Both the position numbers and the translations under genes were made by a program. A stretch of 64,000 nucleotides of DNA from Camelus ferus (taxonomy: Eukaryota), in NCBI RefSeq assembly GCF_009834535.1, contig NC_045698.1, positions 3,722,001 through 3,786,000 on the forward strand. The letters are read 5' to 3'. Below, one piece after another: positions 11,421 through 24,502 of the stretch. The notes below the pieces were generated by a model. It worked only from the letters and a program-made list of their open reading frames with translations. It searched no databases and had not been told where the DNA came from. Every line of letters starts with the position of its first letter. The first letter of the stretch is position 1.

Positions 11421-12500
11421 GGCTTCCTCTCCTCTGCAGAAAGGGAGAAGCCAGCACGTATCAGGAACCTCACAGTCACCTCCACTCTGTCGGATGAATT
11501 TACCCCGGACTCGCTCACAACGTGTGTGTGGGAGTCCAGATTTGACGATGCATTTCCCTTCTCAGTTATTAATCTTGCACAGATTTATTCAACATTTTAC
11601 TCACAAAAGCCTCTGAGAGCAATTAACAGCAGCTTTTTGTCATTATTTAAAATACATGTTTCTGCCCAACAATTAATTTAAAATTAGAAGTAACTTAAGT
11701 ATTGTCCTTTATGTCATAAGGGCTTATTTGAGATTTAAAACAGTAACTTCGTAGTAGTGACACATTTACTTTTAAACTTAGTAAAGTATCTACTTTCATG
11801 TCGGCGTTCACAGCTACCAGACGAAAGGCTACCGTGACGCTCACTTTAACGCGGCGTTTGTGAAGCCGCAGTGGGCCAGCAGCCAGGGGAGGGGGCAGGC
11901 TCTGCCCTGGGGAAGCTCTGCACAGCGCACACCCACCTGAGTGTGTAGCTACCTCGTCCCAGGACACACACTTCCGCCCACGCACCCAAACCCTGAGGTG
12001 TGCTTTAAAAATATGCCTCCGGGGGCCCCTGGAACCTGTGAACACGCCCACCCGTGGTCAGGAGAGCAGGGCGGAAATGGGAGCTAAAGGGGGGACCCTG
12101 CAGAGGTGCACACAGAGAGCACAGCTGAAAATGCTGGATAAAATATTTACAATATAATGCACAGTTGAGCCCACAGAAAATAAGGGACTCTCCCACAGGG
12201 AAGAAAGGACAAGGAAACTGGAATCCACAGTGGGAGGGATCACAGGCCTGGACGGGAACGGAAGGGAGGAAACGGGTCTTGGATGGCAAACAGGTTGAGG
12301 TTTAACGGCCTTCCTGTTGAGGACGGTCACAGGAGACAAGGCCTTGGGCCAGAAGAACATGTTCTCATCACCGACAACTCCGCCCCATAAACTCATAAAC
12401 CCCTGGGTCAAGCCAAGAAAAAATCCACAGAAGGAGAAGGCAGGTACGGGAACACCTGCACCTCCCTCCATCCTAGCTGTGGGCAAAGCTAGAAAAACTA

Positions 12501-12547
12501 CACACACACACACACGCACACACGCACACACACATGCACACACACTC
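12501..12547. repeat. Interrupted (CA)n microsatellite
   Basis: cacacacacacacacgcacacacgcacacacacatgcacacacac. Confidence 0.95.
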
Positions 12548-12759
12548 ACCAGTATCTTGCATGAGAATTTCTACCCGAAGTCCCGTACTCATGGGAGCCT
12601 GGGCAGGAATGACACCACCTACGTGGCCCCAATCTCTCCAAATTAGTTTACAGGGCCCCCAATTCAGCAGCACTAATGCCCCCAGGAAAGGCAAGTGCAC
12701 ATCCTCGTCAGAGAAAAGCTCTTTCTAAACCGTCTTTGAAGAATCACTACAGATAAAGT

Positions 12760-15070
12760 TCCAAGGAGCATGAATTCATACCCATACCCACCAAATTATT
12801 AAACAGATGAGAAATAAACCCAGAAACAACAAACTGTTGTCAGATTTATGGGATTTGTATATGTTTTATTTATGTGGTTTAGAATACATAAAATAATTGT
12901 CTTTAATTTGTTTTAAAAATAGTAGGGGAATATGAAAGTGTGACAAAAGAATAAGAGATTGTAAAAATTTATGAGACAGCAGATTTGAAGAAGAACAAAG
13001 TAGAACTTCTAAAAACAAAAAAGATACAGATACGCCCACACACGTTTATTTCCAAGTATGAAGCCAAGGGACAGGATAAGAGCAAATTAGTTTCAAATGA
13101 TGAGATATTGGTATAAAATTTCTCTGGCAGTAATTACCCAGAAAACAACTCAGAGAGACAAAATGAGAGAAAACAGAGAGAAGGTAAGAGATGCAGACGA
13201 TGTCTTTTTGGTTAGAATGTAGAAAATAAGAGACTGTTGCTCTCAGGAACCCAAACAAGGTGGATGAGCCGCAAAACCATGGTCTTTCTAAACCAGAGAG
13301 CTGATGCAGCAGCCACGAAAGGGGGGAGAATCAGAGTGTGAGAACTGAGACAGGGCAGCCAAAGACTGCCTGGAATTGCAGCTGCCACGACAGGGCACCA
13401 GCAGGAGGCCCGGGCGTCCTCCCCCCGCCCTCCCCCAACACTTCAGGGTCCCCACTGACCTCGCTGCAGGAGGGGCAGGAGCGCTGAAAGGGACCCCTCC
13501 AAGGCCGGCCAAGCAGAACCAGGCCTTCACACGGGTCCAGGGCCTGGGGCCAGCCGGGAAAGCGAAGAGAGCGCTCCAACAGCCTACCATGCTGTCGGTC
13601 AAGTCGTAAGTCAGAAGGCAAGCTATCATGGTGTGGAAAGCATGAATCGATTCGGAGAATCTTGCTGGCGTTCACGCCAAAATTACCGCAGAATGGAAAT
13701 CCTGAGCCCACCCTCAAAATACTTGCAGCTAGCAGTGAACTTAAACCAGCTAAGCTTGCCCAAAAGTTCAGACCCAGCTTAATTATAGAACAAGATGACT
13801 CAGTCACTCCAGGCCAGTGACCTGACACAAGAAAGAAAGCTCTTTTCTAAAGGAAAACATTTACTTCAGCCTCTCCTGTTCTGACATCTCATGAGGAAGG
13901 AAGAAGACAGTTAATAGAAGCAGAACTGTAGGGAGACCAGATACTGGAATTATTCGAGAGGAGCTTTAAAATACCTAGGAATTTGCTAAATGATCGACTA
14001 GAAATTGTGTACAGTATGGATGAGGAGATGGTGAATTTCAGCAGATACAAAGCAATTACAAAAATAAACCAAGCAGAAGTTCTAGAAATGAGAAATACAA
14101 TATCAGAAATACATATTTTATTGGGTCTAATAGCACAATGACTCAGCAGAGGAAATAAGGCATGAACCTGAGGATGAGGACAGGTGAACTGAAATCATTC
14201 AGACTAAAATGCAAAGAGGAAAAAATAACAAACAAAAAAAATAAACCAGACCAAAACAAAACAGAATAGATAAGTATGTCTTAACCTATGGGACAGTATC
14301 ACATGGCCCAATATATCTGTAATTGAAGCCCCAAGAAGGAGAAAACAGAAGAAATATAAATATTTAATGAGATATTTGCTGAGAATGGTCTAAAATTGAT
14401 GAAAAACATCAACCCACAAATCCAAAAAGCTCAGAAAACACCATTCAGGAAAAATACAAAGGACACGCATGTGTGCACACACACACACATCCCATACATA
14501 CACAAACAAACGTCAACCTAGAGTTCCATATGCTACAAGAATAGCCTTACAAGTAAAGGTAAGCCAATCTCAAACTGTTACATGTTGTATAATTTCATTC
14601 TTGAAATGGCAAAATTATAAAATGGGAGACAGATTAGTGGTTACTAGGGGTCATCGATGGGGGGAGAGGAGAGAGGGCAACATGAGAGATCCTTTCAGTG
14701 TCGGAAGTTCCACTGGCATTGCATCTGTGCCAACATCCTGGCAATGTTGCACATGGTTCTATAAGGCGTAAGGTGTTATCGCTGGAGGAAACTAACGAGT
14801 AAAGGATACATGGACTCTCTGTATTTCTTAACCTTACATGTGAGTCTGCTATTGTCCCAAAGTAAAAAGATAAATTTAAAAATTGGAGGCAAAATAAATA
14901 CATTTTTAGAGATGAAAGCTGGGAGAATCTCTCTCCATCAAAATTTCTCTTCAAGAAACACTGAAATAATTTCTGCGGGCTAAAGAAAAATTATATCGGA
15001 TTCAACCCTGAATCTGTAGGAAGCAATGAAGATCACCAGAAAAGGTGCATATTTGTATAAATTTAAAAGA
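12760..15070 (+). mobile_element. Cluster of ancient L1M 5'/ORF1-region fragments
   Basis: A-rich degenerate ORF1-type motifs (gaagttctagaaatgagaaatacaatatcagaaat; gagatatttgctgagaat...gatgaaaaacatcaacccacaaatccaaaaagctcag; ggcaaaataaatacattttt). Confidence 0.7.
14540..14884 (+). mobile_element. L1MC/MD-type 3' end nested within the L1 ORF1 fragments
   Basis: aagccaatctcaaactgttacatg...gacagattagtggttactagggg...ggaggaaact...ctctctgtatttcttaac...tgagtctgctattgtcccaaagtaaaaag. Confidence 0.7.
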
Positions 15071-15514
15071 CCTTATCAATGTGTGTGTATTCTTGAAACT
15101 GCACATATATATCTTTGAATAGTAAATTCCAAAATTTTAGAGTAGGAAGGGAAAGAAACCAAGAGAGGTAATGGCATCTGGAGACGGTCACACCTGCTAC
15201 GCCGCACGCAGGAGGGGAGAAAAGAAGTGCTGTTCTGACGGCAGGAGACGGACAGTGATAAACGAACGTGGTTGGAAAGTCAGAGTGGCCTTGCTCCTGC
15301 TGCAGAGGAGCTTAAAATGCAAGAGGAGGAGTTGCATCTTGTGAGGTCATCCAGTGCCCCCAGGTGTATCAAAGCCAGTTGTCAAAACTTGTGTGAAGAA
15401 TCAAACTGAGGAAAGATTATATTGTTGCTCTATATTAATACCCTGTAAGCCAGGTTTTAAAATGTGCTTGTTTGAGTTTCATTAAAAATAAAAAAAAACC
15501 TCAGTCACTAATTC

Positions 15515-16560
15515 ACTCCAAATGAAAATCTATTTGAGATAAACTGTAGACCTAAATGTAGAGACTAAAACAAAAAATACATAGAAGAATGTATTTGTGA
15601 TCTTGAGGCAAGAAAAGCTTTCTTGTGAGGCAAAGGTATGATCATAAAATCAAAAATGATAGATTAGACTTCATCCAATACAAAAAGGTGATAAAGGACC
15701 ACAAAGCATTATCAATAAAATAAACAGGCAAGTCACAGACTGAGGATGTGTTCATAAAGCAAAGTATTTGTATCCAGAATACATAAAGAACTCCTGAAAC
15801 CCAATAACAAGAAGACAGCCCAATTTGGGGCAAAGGCACACAAGTACGTCACGAAAGAAGACACATAAACAGTCAGTAAGCACGTGAAATACTGCTCAAC
15901 ATCATTAATCATCAAGAAAATGCATACTTAAAACCCAGTGAGGAGTCACTACATTCTCCACTGGAGTGTCCAAACTTGACCGGAGCCAGCGCTGGAGAGC
16001 CCTGGGGCAGCCGGACCCTCACGTGTTGCTGGGGGGAGTGTGAAATGGAACGACCACTCGGCAAAGTGTCGGTTTCTTGGAGTGTTAAATCTACTTATCT
16101 GATGACCCAGTAATTCCATTCCACTTAGGTATTTGTCCAGAATAAATGTGTATGTCCACACAGAGACTTCTGTAAGACGTTTATAACAGTCAAATCTGGA
16201 CTGCTGATCAACAGAATGGATAAACTATGTTTGTTCACACAGTCGAAAATTGCTCAGTGAAAAGAAAAAAAAGAATAGATTACTGATGCACACGCACTAC
16301 GTGTTAAGTCTCAGAATAACAGGCTGAATGTAATAAGCAAAGACAAAAAAGACACACTGTATAATTCAGTAGGAATAAATGTCTGGAATAAGCAAAAGAG
16401 ACCCACAGTGGTAGAAGTCAGATGAGTGCTTGCTTCTGGGTGGGAGGAGGAGATGAGACTAGCGTCTGCTGTTGAAAGTGCTCTGTGCCTCTTCACAGAG
16501 CCTCATGGACTAGTCCACTTGCTATCTGAGCATTTCAATGTGTGTAAGTTGTATTCAAAG
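15515..16560 (+). mobile_element. L1ME-type ORF2 end plus 3' end
   Basis: gtagacctaaatgtag...attagacttcatc...tatccagaatacataaagaactcc...gacccagtaattccattcc...gagcatttcaatgtgtgtaagttgtattcaa. Confidence 0.8.
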
Positions 16561-16869
16561 ACACCTTTCCTTGTGTGCATTTGGGTAATGCTGCCACCCC
16601 CAGCAGAAAGAGCAGAGCTGATACTTGAAGTTTCCTTCACATGGAAATTTCTAGAGGGAAGAAAAAGAACGGATTTGAGAACATCACCGCAACGACCAGC
16701 TCCTTCTGCTCCTCCCTCAGAGCCTCTGCCCTCTGCAGGTGCCCACCTCCGTGCTCTCTCTGGTTCAGGGGCAGCGAGGCAAGGGACCCAGCAGCATAGC
16801 TGCTTTCTGGGGGAACATGACAATTCTCTCCCTGTGGAGTTCCAGAAAGAAAGGAATATCCACCAGCTG

Positions 16870-17522
16870 CCATCGTCAACTTTAGGTGTCACCTTGGCTA
16901 GGCTGGGCTGCCCTGTGCTTTGGACAAACACCCATCTACATGTTGCTGTGGAGGTACTTTCTAGATGTGATTAACATCTACAATTAATTGACTTTAAATA
17001 GAGGAGTTTCCCCTTAACGATGTGGGTGGGCCTCATCCAATCAGTTGAAGGCTCTCAGAGCAAAGACCAAAGTTTCCCAAAGAAGAAATTCAGCCTCAAG
17101 ATGGGAACATAGAAACCCTGCCTTGCCTTCCAGCCTGCTGCCCTCTGGAATTCAGACTCAGGACTGCAGCATCAACTCTCAGCAAGCTGAATTCCCAGCC
17201 CACTCCATGGACTTCAGACTTCCTGGCCCCCACAATGGTGTTAGACAATTCCTTAAAATAAATCTCTCTCTCTGTCTCTCTATATCCTTATCTGTACATA
17301 GATATAGAGAGAGGTGATGTGTGGGTGTGTGGAGATACATAGACATTGATGTAGGGATCCCTACATACCTACATGTCCCGGGAAATATGCAGACTGTGGC
17401 TACAATCCTACTTGTCTGTCTGTCTGTCTATCCTTTCACCATATCACTGCTCCCCAGAGACCCAGAACCTCATGTCCATGATGAACATGTCCTCCATGTC
17501 TCTGAAGAACCCAGACTGACAC
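16870..17522 (+). mobile_element. MLT2 (ERVL) LTR
   Basis: ggtgtcaccttggctaggct...atgtgggtgggcctcatccaatcagttgaaggc...aattccttaaaataaatctctctc...gaagaacccagactgacaca. Confidence 0.85.
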
Positions 17523-18543
17523 ACCTGCTGTACCTCCCTCTGCACCAGCCCAGCATCCTGAGTCAGAGGAGCAGGTGGCCCGGTGTGAAAGGTCGTTTAT
17601 TTGGAAGAACGCATTCCTGAAGTGATGGATGAGGGTCCCTTCCAGCTGGCACCTTTGGGGACAGGACATTCATATTTCTGGGTCCAGATTCCCTGAAACG
17701 GGGTGCTGCGCTGCTCACCACCTCATTCTTCATGGGGTACCTGTTCATTATTTCCTCCATGAAAAATAGTGGTGAGCTGCAAAATTGTTAACCACATTCT
17801 CTTCTCCTGGGGGCTGGGGGCTTTTTAACCACATGGTGCCTCTTCCAGCTGAGGGCAATTACTCTAGAGTGAACTCAGCAGTGGGTGAAGGTCGGCTTCT
17901 CACAGTCGCCGTGGAGTTAACTGCTTCGAGTGTGACTGGAACCCCAGATGCTCCAGGTAAGGGGAACAGCTCGGGGCAGGGGGCTTTGTCCACCCTCCCT
18001 GGCCCACACCCACGTGACGCAGGCAGCCCTGCTCCCCCAGCCCCTCGGGCTGTATTAAGCTCTTACTTCTGTGTCCCCAGATCTCAGAAGCTCTTCTTGA
18101 AAGCCTCGAGCTTGGTCACTCGTTGGGGTCACATGTGTGAGGTCCCTTCCTCCCCTCCTCGGGCCCTGTGCCAGCACCAGGCTTCACACCCATCACCTGA
18201 GTCACTGCTCCAGCCAGGCAGGGCTTTTAGGACCCCAGTCCTGTGGACAATGTGGTACCCACATGCTATTCCTCTGAGCACAGCGCCATCAATACACTGA
18301 TCAGCAGGCCTCTAGATCCCCATGAGGGACGGAAGGCTGTGGACAGGGCCCAGCTGACCTCACCCATCGACAAGACCTTTTCTGGTGGGGAGGCTGGTAT
18401 TCGGCTGCTGGAAGCTCTCATGTGTCCTACAGCTGCTAAGGGCGGATCCGTTCTCCTTGGTGATGGCAGTGCCATTGAGTCACTGAACATTTCAAACACG
18501 ACGTCTCTCGTAGCTACAGTAACCAAGTTACCATCATTATATG

Positions 18544-19140
18544 CAGCTGGTCTTCAGTATTTGTGGATTCAATTCTGTATTTGTGGATCCACCTGCTAAC
18601 ATTTATCTGTACTCCCAAATAACACTGTCAGTGCCTTCGTGGTCATTGGCAGACGTGGTCCTGACACACGTCCCCTGCTGAGGGGAACAAGTCGTTCTGC
18701 CTCCCGGTCCCAGCTCTCACCCTGGAAACAAGTGTCCTTTCCACCGTCTATGTAGTGACTGATGTTTCTTATTGGTGTGCTTCTCACTGACGATTTTGCA
18801 GGTTGAAATTGCCCTCAAGCCTCTTGCAGGTGTGCTGTCCGGTGTCCAGAGCGCAGGGAGGCCGGCTGTGCCTTACGGAGAAAACCACGTGTCAGGTGAG
18901 CTTCGTCCAGGCGCCAGTTACAGAGATGCTGGCGTGAGTTCAGCGTCAAGCACTCAGCTCTGTATGAAACCAGTGCCTTTGAACGAGACACCTAAAACCA
19001 CAAACCACGTTATGTATTGATGAGTTGACAAAAATGTGTGGCCAGAGGCCCAGGAACCTGACCCCGTTTCCCCAGGAGCAATGATTCAGCGCTGACCAAC
19101 CCCGTCTTCGGGGTGGTTTCATCAAACGCCCAGCAGCCCT
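18544..19140 (+). mobile_element. MER82 (TcMar-Tigger non-autonomous DNA transposon)
   Basis: Follows the recalled MER82 consensus: aaacaagtgtcctttc...gtgccttacggagaaaac...gttatgtattgatgagttgacaaaaatgtgtggccagagg...aggagcaatgattcag. Confidence 0.8.
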
Positions 19141-19760
19141 GCCGTCGCCTAGACCAGGGCTCAGGGGTCTCTGCCCTGGGCCACGCCCGGTCCACCCTCT
19201 GCTCAGCCACCAGGCCTGCTGGTTTTCACACTGTCGGTGGCTGTTCCTGCACTTCAATGGCAGACTCCGGCAGCTGAGACAGAGCACTTACAGCCCTGAA
19301 AGCCTAAATAACGAGCTTCTGGTCCCTTCCAGAAAATGTCTCCACCTTGTACACAACATGTACACAAGCTCCCAGGGAATCCTGCCACCTCTGGCTGTGG
19401 TCAAGTCTTCGCAGGCAGTGTGGTGCAGGTAAGGGGCCATGGCTGGTGAGGGAGAAACAGACCCAGGCTCTGGTTCCCACTCGCCCTGACCCCTGATCCC
19501 TGATTTCAGACCCCAGCTGTGCTGCTCAACAGCCAAGGGCAGGATGCTCAAACTTCCTGAGCCTCAGTTTCCTAATTTCATGCTAAAACCCACATCCTTA
19601 AGGGTTGTTTCTTAAATTTCTTGATATTATAATCCTGTTGAAAGAGGGACATGGCATTATTTTAATTGAACTTTCTCCTGCAAGGTTACATGTCATCATC
19701 CCACTGGTGGATGTCGCTGGTGGCCCACCCAATACCTACTTTCTTTTCTTCCCTTCCAAC

Positions 19761-20247
19761 TGTGTCAGGCTGGAAAAACGACCTCTCCCCCAAAAGTATC
19801 CAGACCTTAATTCCTGGAGCCTATGACTATGTCACCATACATGGAGCAGGGGAATTAAAGCTGCTCATTCCTTAATTAATCTCGAGATGCTGGATTATCA
19901 AGATGGAACCAAAGTAATCTCAGGGTCCTTAACAGCAGACAAGGGAGGCAGGGGAGGAAGAACCAGGGATATAAAACTTCAGGAAAGACTTGCCTGTGTT
20001 TTGCTGGCTTCAAGGTTGGAGGAAGCCACAAACCAGGGAATGCAGGCAACTTCTGGGAGCTGGGAAAGGCAGGGAAACATTCTCCCCTCACCTTCCAGGG
20101 AGGATGCAGCCCTGCCTGCCCCCTGTTTGGAGCCCACTAAGATGCAAGTCAGACTTGACCTCTAGAACCGTAGGAGAAGGAATGGGTATTGTTTCGAGCC
20201 TCAAAATTGTGTTAATTTTTCACAGCAGCAATGGGAAACTCAGACAC
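19761..20247 (+). mobile_element. MaLR LTR (MLT1D-like)
   Basis: tgtgtcaggctgg...ctggattatc...gtaatctcagggtcctt...ggaatgcaggcaacttctgggagctgggaaaggc...cacagcagcaatgggaaactcagaca. Confidence 0.85.
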
Positions 20248-20328
20248 CCACGGGACCCTCATTCTGGAGCAACAATGAACCCAAGTAAGGAAGGTATTTT
20301 CTAGTCTCCTTTGCATGGGGGGTGGCCG

Positions 20329-20690
20329 TGTTACTGAACCTGGACTTGGGTCTGCTCGCCCGTGTGCCGTAAAGCCAATCTACTGACGCCGGGGTGTGAA
20401 GGAAAGTACAGCCTTTATTGCAGGGCCGAGCAAGGAGAATGGAAAACTCAGCTCAAGAGACCCAAACTCTCTGATGGCTTTCAGGGAGGGGTTTTTAAGG
20501 GCTGTATGAAGGAGGGCTGCCAGGTACATGACCAGCTCGTGCACAATTCTTGGACTGGTTGGCATAAAGGTTGTTTTGAGCATCACCAATCTTCTGATTT
20601 CAACCAGTCTGAGGTCTACATGCTTGCGGTCAGTTTTAATCTGATGTGGTCTGAGGCCTCGGGTGCAGGTGGCGTCTGAGGGCCCAGGTG
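20329..20690 (-). mobile_element. ERV1-class LTR fragment
   Basis: tgttactgaacc...aaagccaatctactgacgccgggg...cctttattgcagggccgagcaaggagaat...ctcaagagacccaaactc; AATAAA on the minus strand. Confidence 0.7.
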
Positions 20691-22086
20691 AGCCAGGAGA
20701 ACATTGATTTGAAATCAAATCATGTGGCAATTGTATAATTCCTCCCCCAGCATTGAGCTACCCCCACGTAGGCAAGCAGTTGGATTTATTCAGGACCAGG
20801 GCTTTGAAAATCATGGAAACATTAATAGTTTTGTCAGAATTGTTGTGCTCATGAAATGCGGTAATTCATGCAGGTCACCTTCACCTAGCGCAGGTCAGTG
20901 CACAAGCACAACTGCTCACACCCGCCGTGGAAATAGGGCTTGTGCTACAAACTGGAGTTCTCAGTTTGCCCGTTTCCTGGCTAAGCGGAAAACACAACGC
21001 TCCCTTGTTGGTATATGTGACCTGTGTGTGCCAAGCGCTGGAGTGTGACGGGGGCGGGGGGGGGGAAGATCTGTGTCTTTCTGCAGGTCCAGCAGCCTTC
21101 AGTGTCCTAAATTACATGGGTCCTTGAGGCCAGCCCAGAACAGGGCTTGAGCGAAGCTGATTATTTTATCTCTGGTTCTCCTCTTGTTTAGAAGACTTAA
21201 TTGGTGCTTCATCTCACATTGTTCTTGGAAAACTGGGTAGCCGATGATACCAGTTGCAACTGTGTGATGCATTTTTAAGCTGATATTTATGTACAAAATG
21301 TACTGCTACCAAAAACAAGCTCCCCTAGACCAGATGTTTTTATCACAAGTCCTTGGTATCTGGGAAAAAATAAAACAGTGCAGTGGGCTGGTCGTTAAAC
21401 AGTTAAATTTCAGGGACCACACTCTTGAAAGTGCCGCTTCGAATGTTCTTACACATTTCTTAGCGATGGAAGTGACTTTTACCCCAGAGAAGATGCAGTG
21501 TTATTGTTTCAGAAAATGACGCTAAGGGTGTTTGAATCTGCTTGGCTGAATTTCCGCCCCTTCCAAATATATTTTGTTATTTTTTTCCCTAATGCTTTTT
21601 ACCTAAAGCTTGTGTTTTCTCATCCTGCTGCCCTCGGAGGAAAGTGTGGGACGGTAAGCAAGGCGAACGTTCTCTCTTAGGGCTGCCCCTTGCAGAGAGT
21701 GTTTTTCCCTCATTCTCTTAGTGACTCTTGTTTGGGTCTGTCCCATACCGTGGTCTACTCCTCGGACACAGCTGTCCTGAAGACCCCGGTGAGAACTCTT
21801 CACTACGCTAAGCAACGCAACCGGAAGGGAGCTTGGGCGGAGCCTCATGACCCCTGCGGGCCGCTCGGCGTTAACCTCTTGTTGGCTCGCGTGCGCGCTC
21901 TCTCTGTCTGTCTGTCTCTCTCTTTCTGTGCGTCTGGGCTTCGCCAGGGTCTGAGTGTCCCTTCTGCCACATTCCTCCATCTCTTTTTGGCTCTTTGTTT
22001 CTCTCTCTCCTTCTGTGGGTTTCACAACCATTCCTTTTGCTTTTTTAAAAGTCTTTTTAATTTTATTGTCATCTTTCATTATGTCC

Positions 22087-22238
22087 TTTTATTTTTAATT
22101 AATTAATTACTTATTTTTCGTGGGGGGAGGTGGACAGGTTTACTTATTTTTTTCCTTTAATGAAGGGACTGACGATTAAGCCCAGGACTCCATGCAGGCT
22201 GAGCGTGCACCCTACCGCTTGAGCTATACCTTCCCCCC
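22087..22238 (-). mobile_element. Camelid tRNA-derived SINE (vic-1 type), diverged copy
   Basis: Reverse complement of ggggaaggtatagctcaagcggtagggtgcacgctcagcctgcatggagtcctgggcttaatc plus an A-rich tail. Confidence 0.85.
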
Positions 22239-22429
22239 TTCCTTTTGCATTTTTTCTCTTTCTTCTTCTAAGTCATATTTTGTCTATTTTGGGACCTCAC
22301 GCTGTAACCTGTCTGTGATTCTAGGTGTCTTTGTCATTCCACCTGTCCATGAATGTGTGATAAGTAAAACCATGAATTTTATGATTTACATGAGTACTTT
22401 TCTTAATTATAAAACTTGACTCGCCTGGA

Positions 22430-22770
22430 CAGGGTACAGTGGCACAGACATGCTCATGTTTTATTGGTGAAACTAAATTGTCTGACTCTGAAAATAGATT
22501 TGCCAGTATGCCTCCAGAGCTAAAGTCATTCATCCTCTTTAACTCAGTAATTGACCTTCTGAAAATCTACCCTTTAAAACAAATCTGAAACTCAAGCATA
22601 AAATCTCATACAAATATTTGTGATGGCATTATCCATAATTACTCCAGATGGAAAAGAAGGGAAACATCTCAAAATAGTAAAAGGGTTTTAAAAATGGAAG
22701 TAAATACAGCAAAATATTACAATGAGAAAAACAGGAGTGTAAAACGGGGTGAGTGTTAAGATGGAAAATT
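22430..22770 (+). mobile_element. Ancient L1M 3' fragment
   Basis: ctctgaaaatagatttgccagtat...cctctttaactcagtaattgaccttctgaaaatctaccct. Confidence 0.5.
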
Positions 22771-22861
22771 TGCATGAGGACTGACAGAGAATTCAGGATA
22801 GAAATGGATTGAGAGGTGGCACCCAGGACAAGTTTGAGTGATGTGGGCAGAGGCAATGGTG

Positions 22862-23355
22862 GGTATGCTGGTTAAGTGCCACGTAACAAACAATGTCAAG
22901 CTTTGTGGGGTAAAACAGCAATTATTTTATTAGGTTCACAGATCCTGTGGGTTAGGAAATTGTGTAGAACACAGGAGGGAGGTCTGGGCTCTCATTTGGA
23001 AAGACTTAAATGTCTGGGCTGACCCGAAGCTGGGGACTGGAACCATCTGGAAGCTTTCTCACCCAGACACTTGCTGCCTGGGCTGGGCTGGCTTGAAGGT
23101 TGGGCTCTTCTGGGACAGTTGAGTGGAGCACCTGCACATGGCCTCTCCCCCGGCTCAGGTTTTACTGCACGGGGCTGGGTTCTGAGAAGGAGCACTCCAA
23201 GAGAGTGTTCCTGGAGACCACATGGAAGCAGCATGGCTTTTTTGGCCTCGCTCCAGAAGACACAGTATCTCTCCCCCTGCATTGCTGACTGGCTTAAGGG
23301 GAGGAGATACAGACTCAGCTCCTAGATAGGAAGAGTGTCAAAGAAGTTGTGAACT
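22862..23355 (-). mobile_element. MaLR LTR (MLT1H-like)
   Basis: ttcacagatcctgtgggttaggaaatt...gctggggactggaaccatctggaagc...gcacctgcacatggcctctcc...gataggaagagtgtcaaagaa. Confidence 0.8.
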
Positions 23356-24295
23356 GTCCTCTTTTGCCTACAAGGACCTAAGCACCAATCACAAGTGGAC
23401 GGAAGGAATGTCACTGCTAAGAGTGTCCATGTGTCCCAGACGTTAGAAATTAATAATGTAGCCAAAGTCCCCCTCCCCCCGCCTGCAGGGGACTTGTTCA
23501 GCCTCAGGAGGAGCCAAACACTGGACGCAGAGGGCTCTCCGGCCTTGTTTCCAGGAGTGCTAAGGAATGAGATGGGTGGAAGTCCATGCTGGAAAGTCTA
23601 AAACATTTCTATTTAAAAGTAAGAGGAATGACATCAAATTCTTGGTTTCTGTGATTCATTTGTAGAAACCCATTTTCTCTTTTAGTAAACTTTGAAGATT
23701 TATAAGTAGAAATTAAAATCCACACTATGAGTCCTGAGAGTAAAATGGGTTTATTAGCGAACGCTTGTTATATACAGCCCCAGAAGGCTTCTAGGAGATG
23801 GACGTGAATACATCGTAGACTGGGTTTGCGCCCACCCACCTGAGGATTCCAGGTAAAAGAAAAACATACAGAATCGGAGTCAAACCAGAAAACTGACAGA
23901 ATTCCTTTCCCCCCTTCTCTTTTTTTTTGCTTTCTTAAATTCGACAGTAAATTTTATATACTTACAAAAATGTGATTCATTCAATCATCATGCTGAATGA
24001 TTATTTCCAAATCTCCTGACTCAACGATGTCCCATTATGTTTTTTTTTGTGTTTCTCCAATGGCAAATATTATATCCTGTCTTGGATTATAATTATTTAT
24101 ACATTAATCTAACCCATACTGGATTATATTCTAGTGTATTCTATGTGTTTAGCATGTGGCCCAAATATGTATTTTTAATTTAGTTAAACTGCTCTTTTCC
24201 TGCCTTGTTTTGGGGTATGCACGAAAATTAGCAGTAAACGTTTTCCATCACGAAGGCACCTTTTATATTTCCTTCTGTGTTTGCAGCATCAACTA

Positions 24296-24502
24296 CAGTT
24301 GACCTTTGAACAACACGGGGGCCAGAGGCATTGACTCCCAGTGCAGTAGAAAATTCACATAAAACTTTGCAGTCTGCCCTCTGTGTACAAAGTTCTGCAT
24401 TTGCAGATTCAACCAGTCACGGATTTTGTGGTGCTATGGCAGGTTATTTACTGAAGGAAAGCTGTATATAAGTTCAAACACATGTTGTTCAAGGGTCCAC
24501 TG
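24296..24502. mobile_element. Tigger2/MER8-family MITE with intact TIRs and TA target-site duplication
   Basis: TA-cagttgacctttgaacaaca ... tgttgttcaagggtccactg-TA. Confidence 0.9.
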
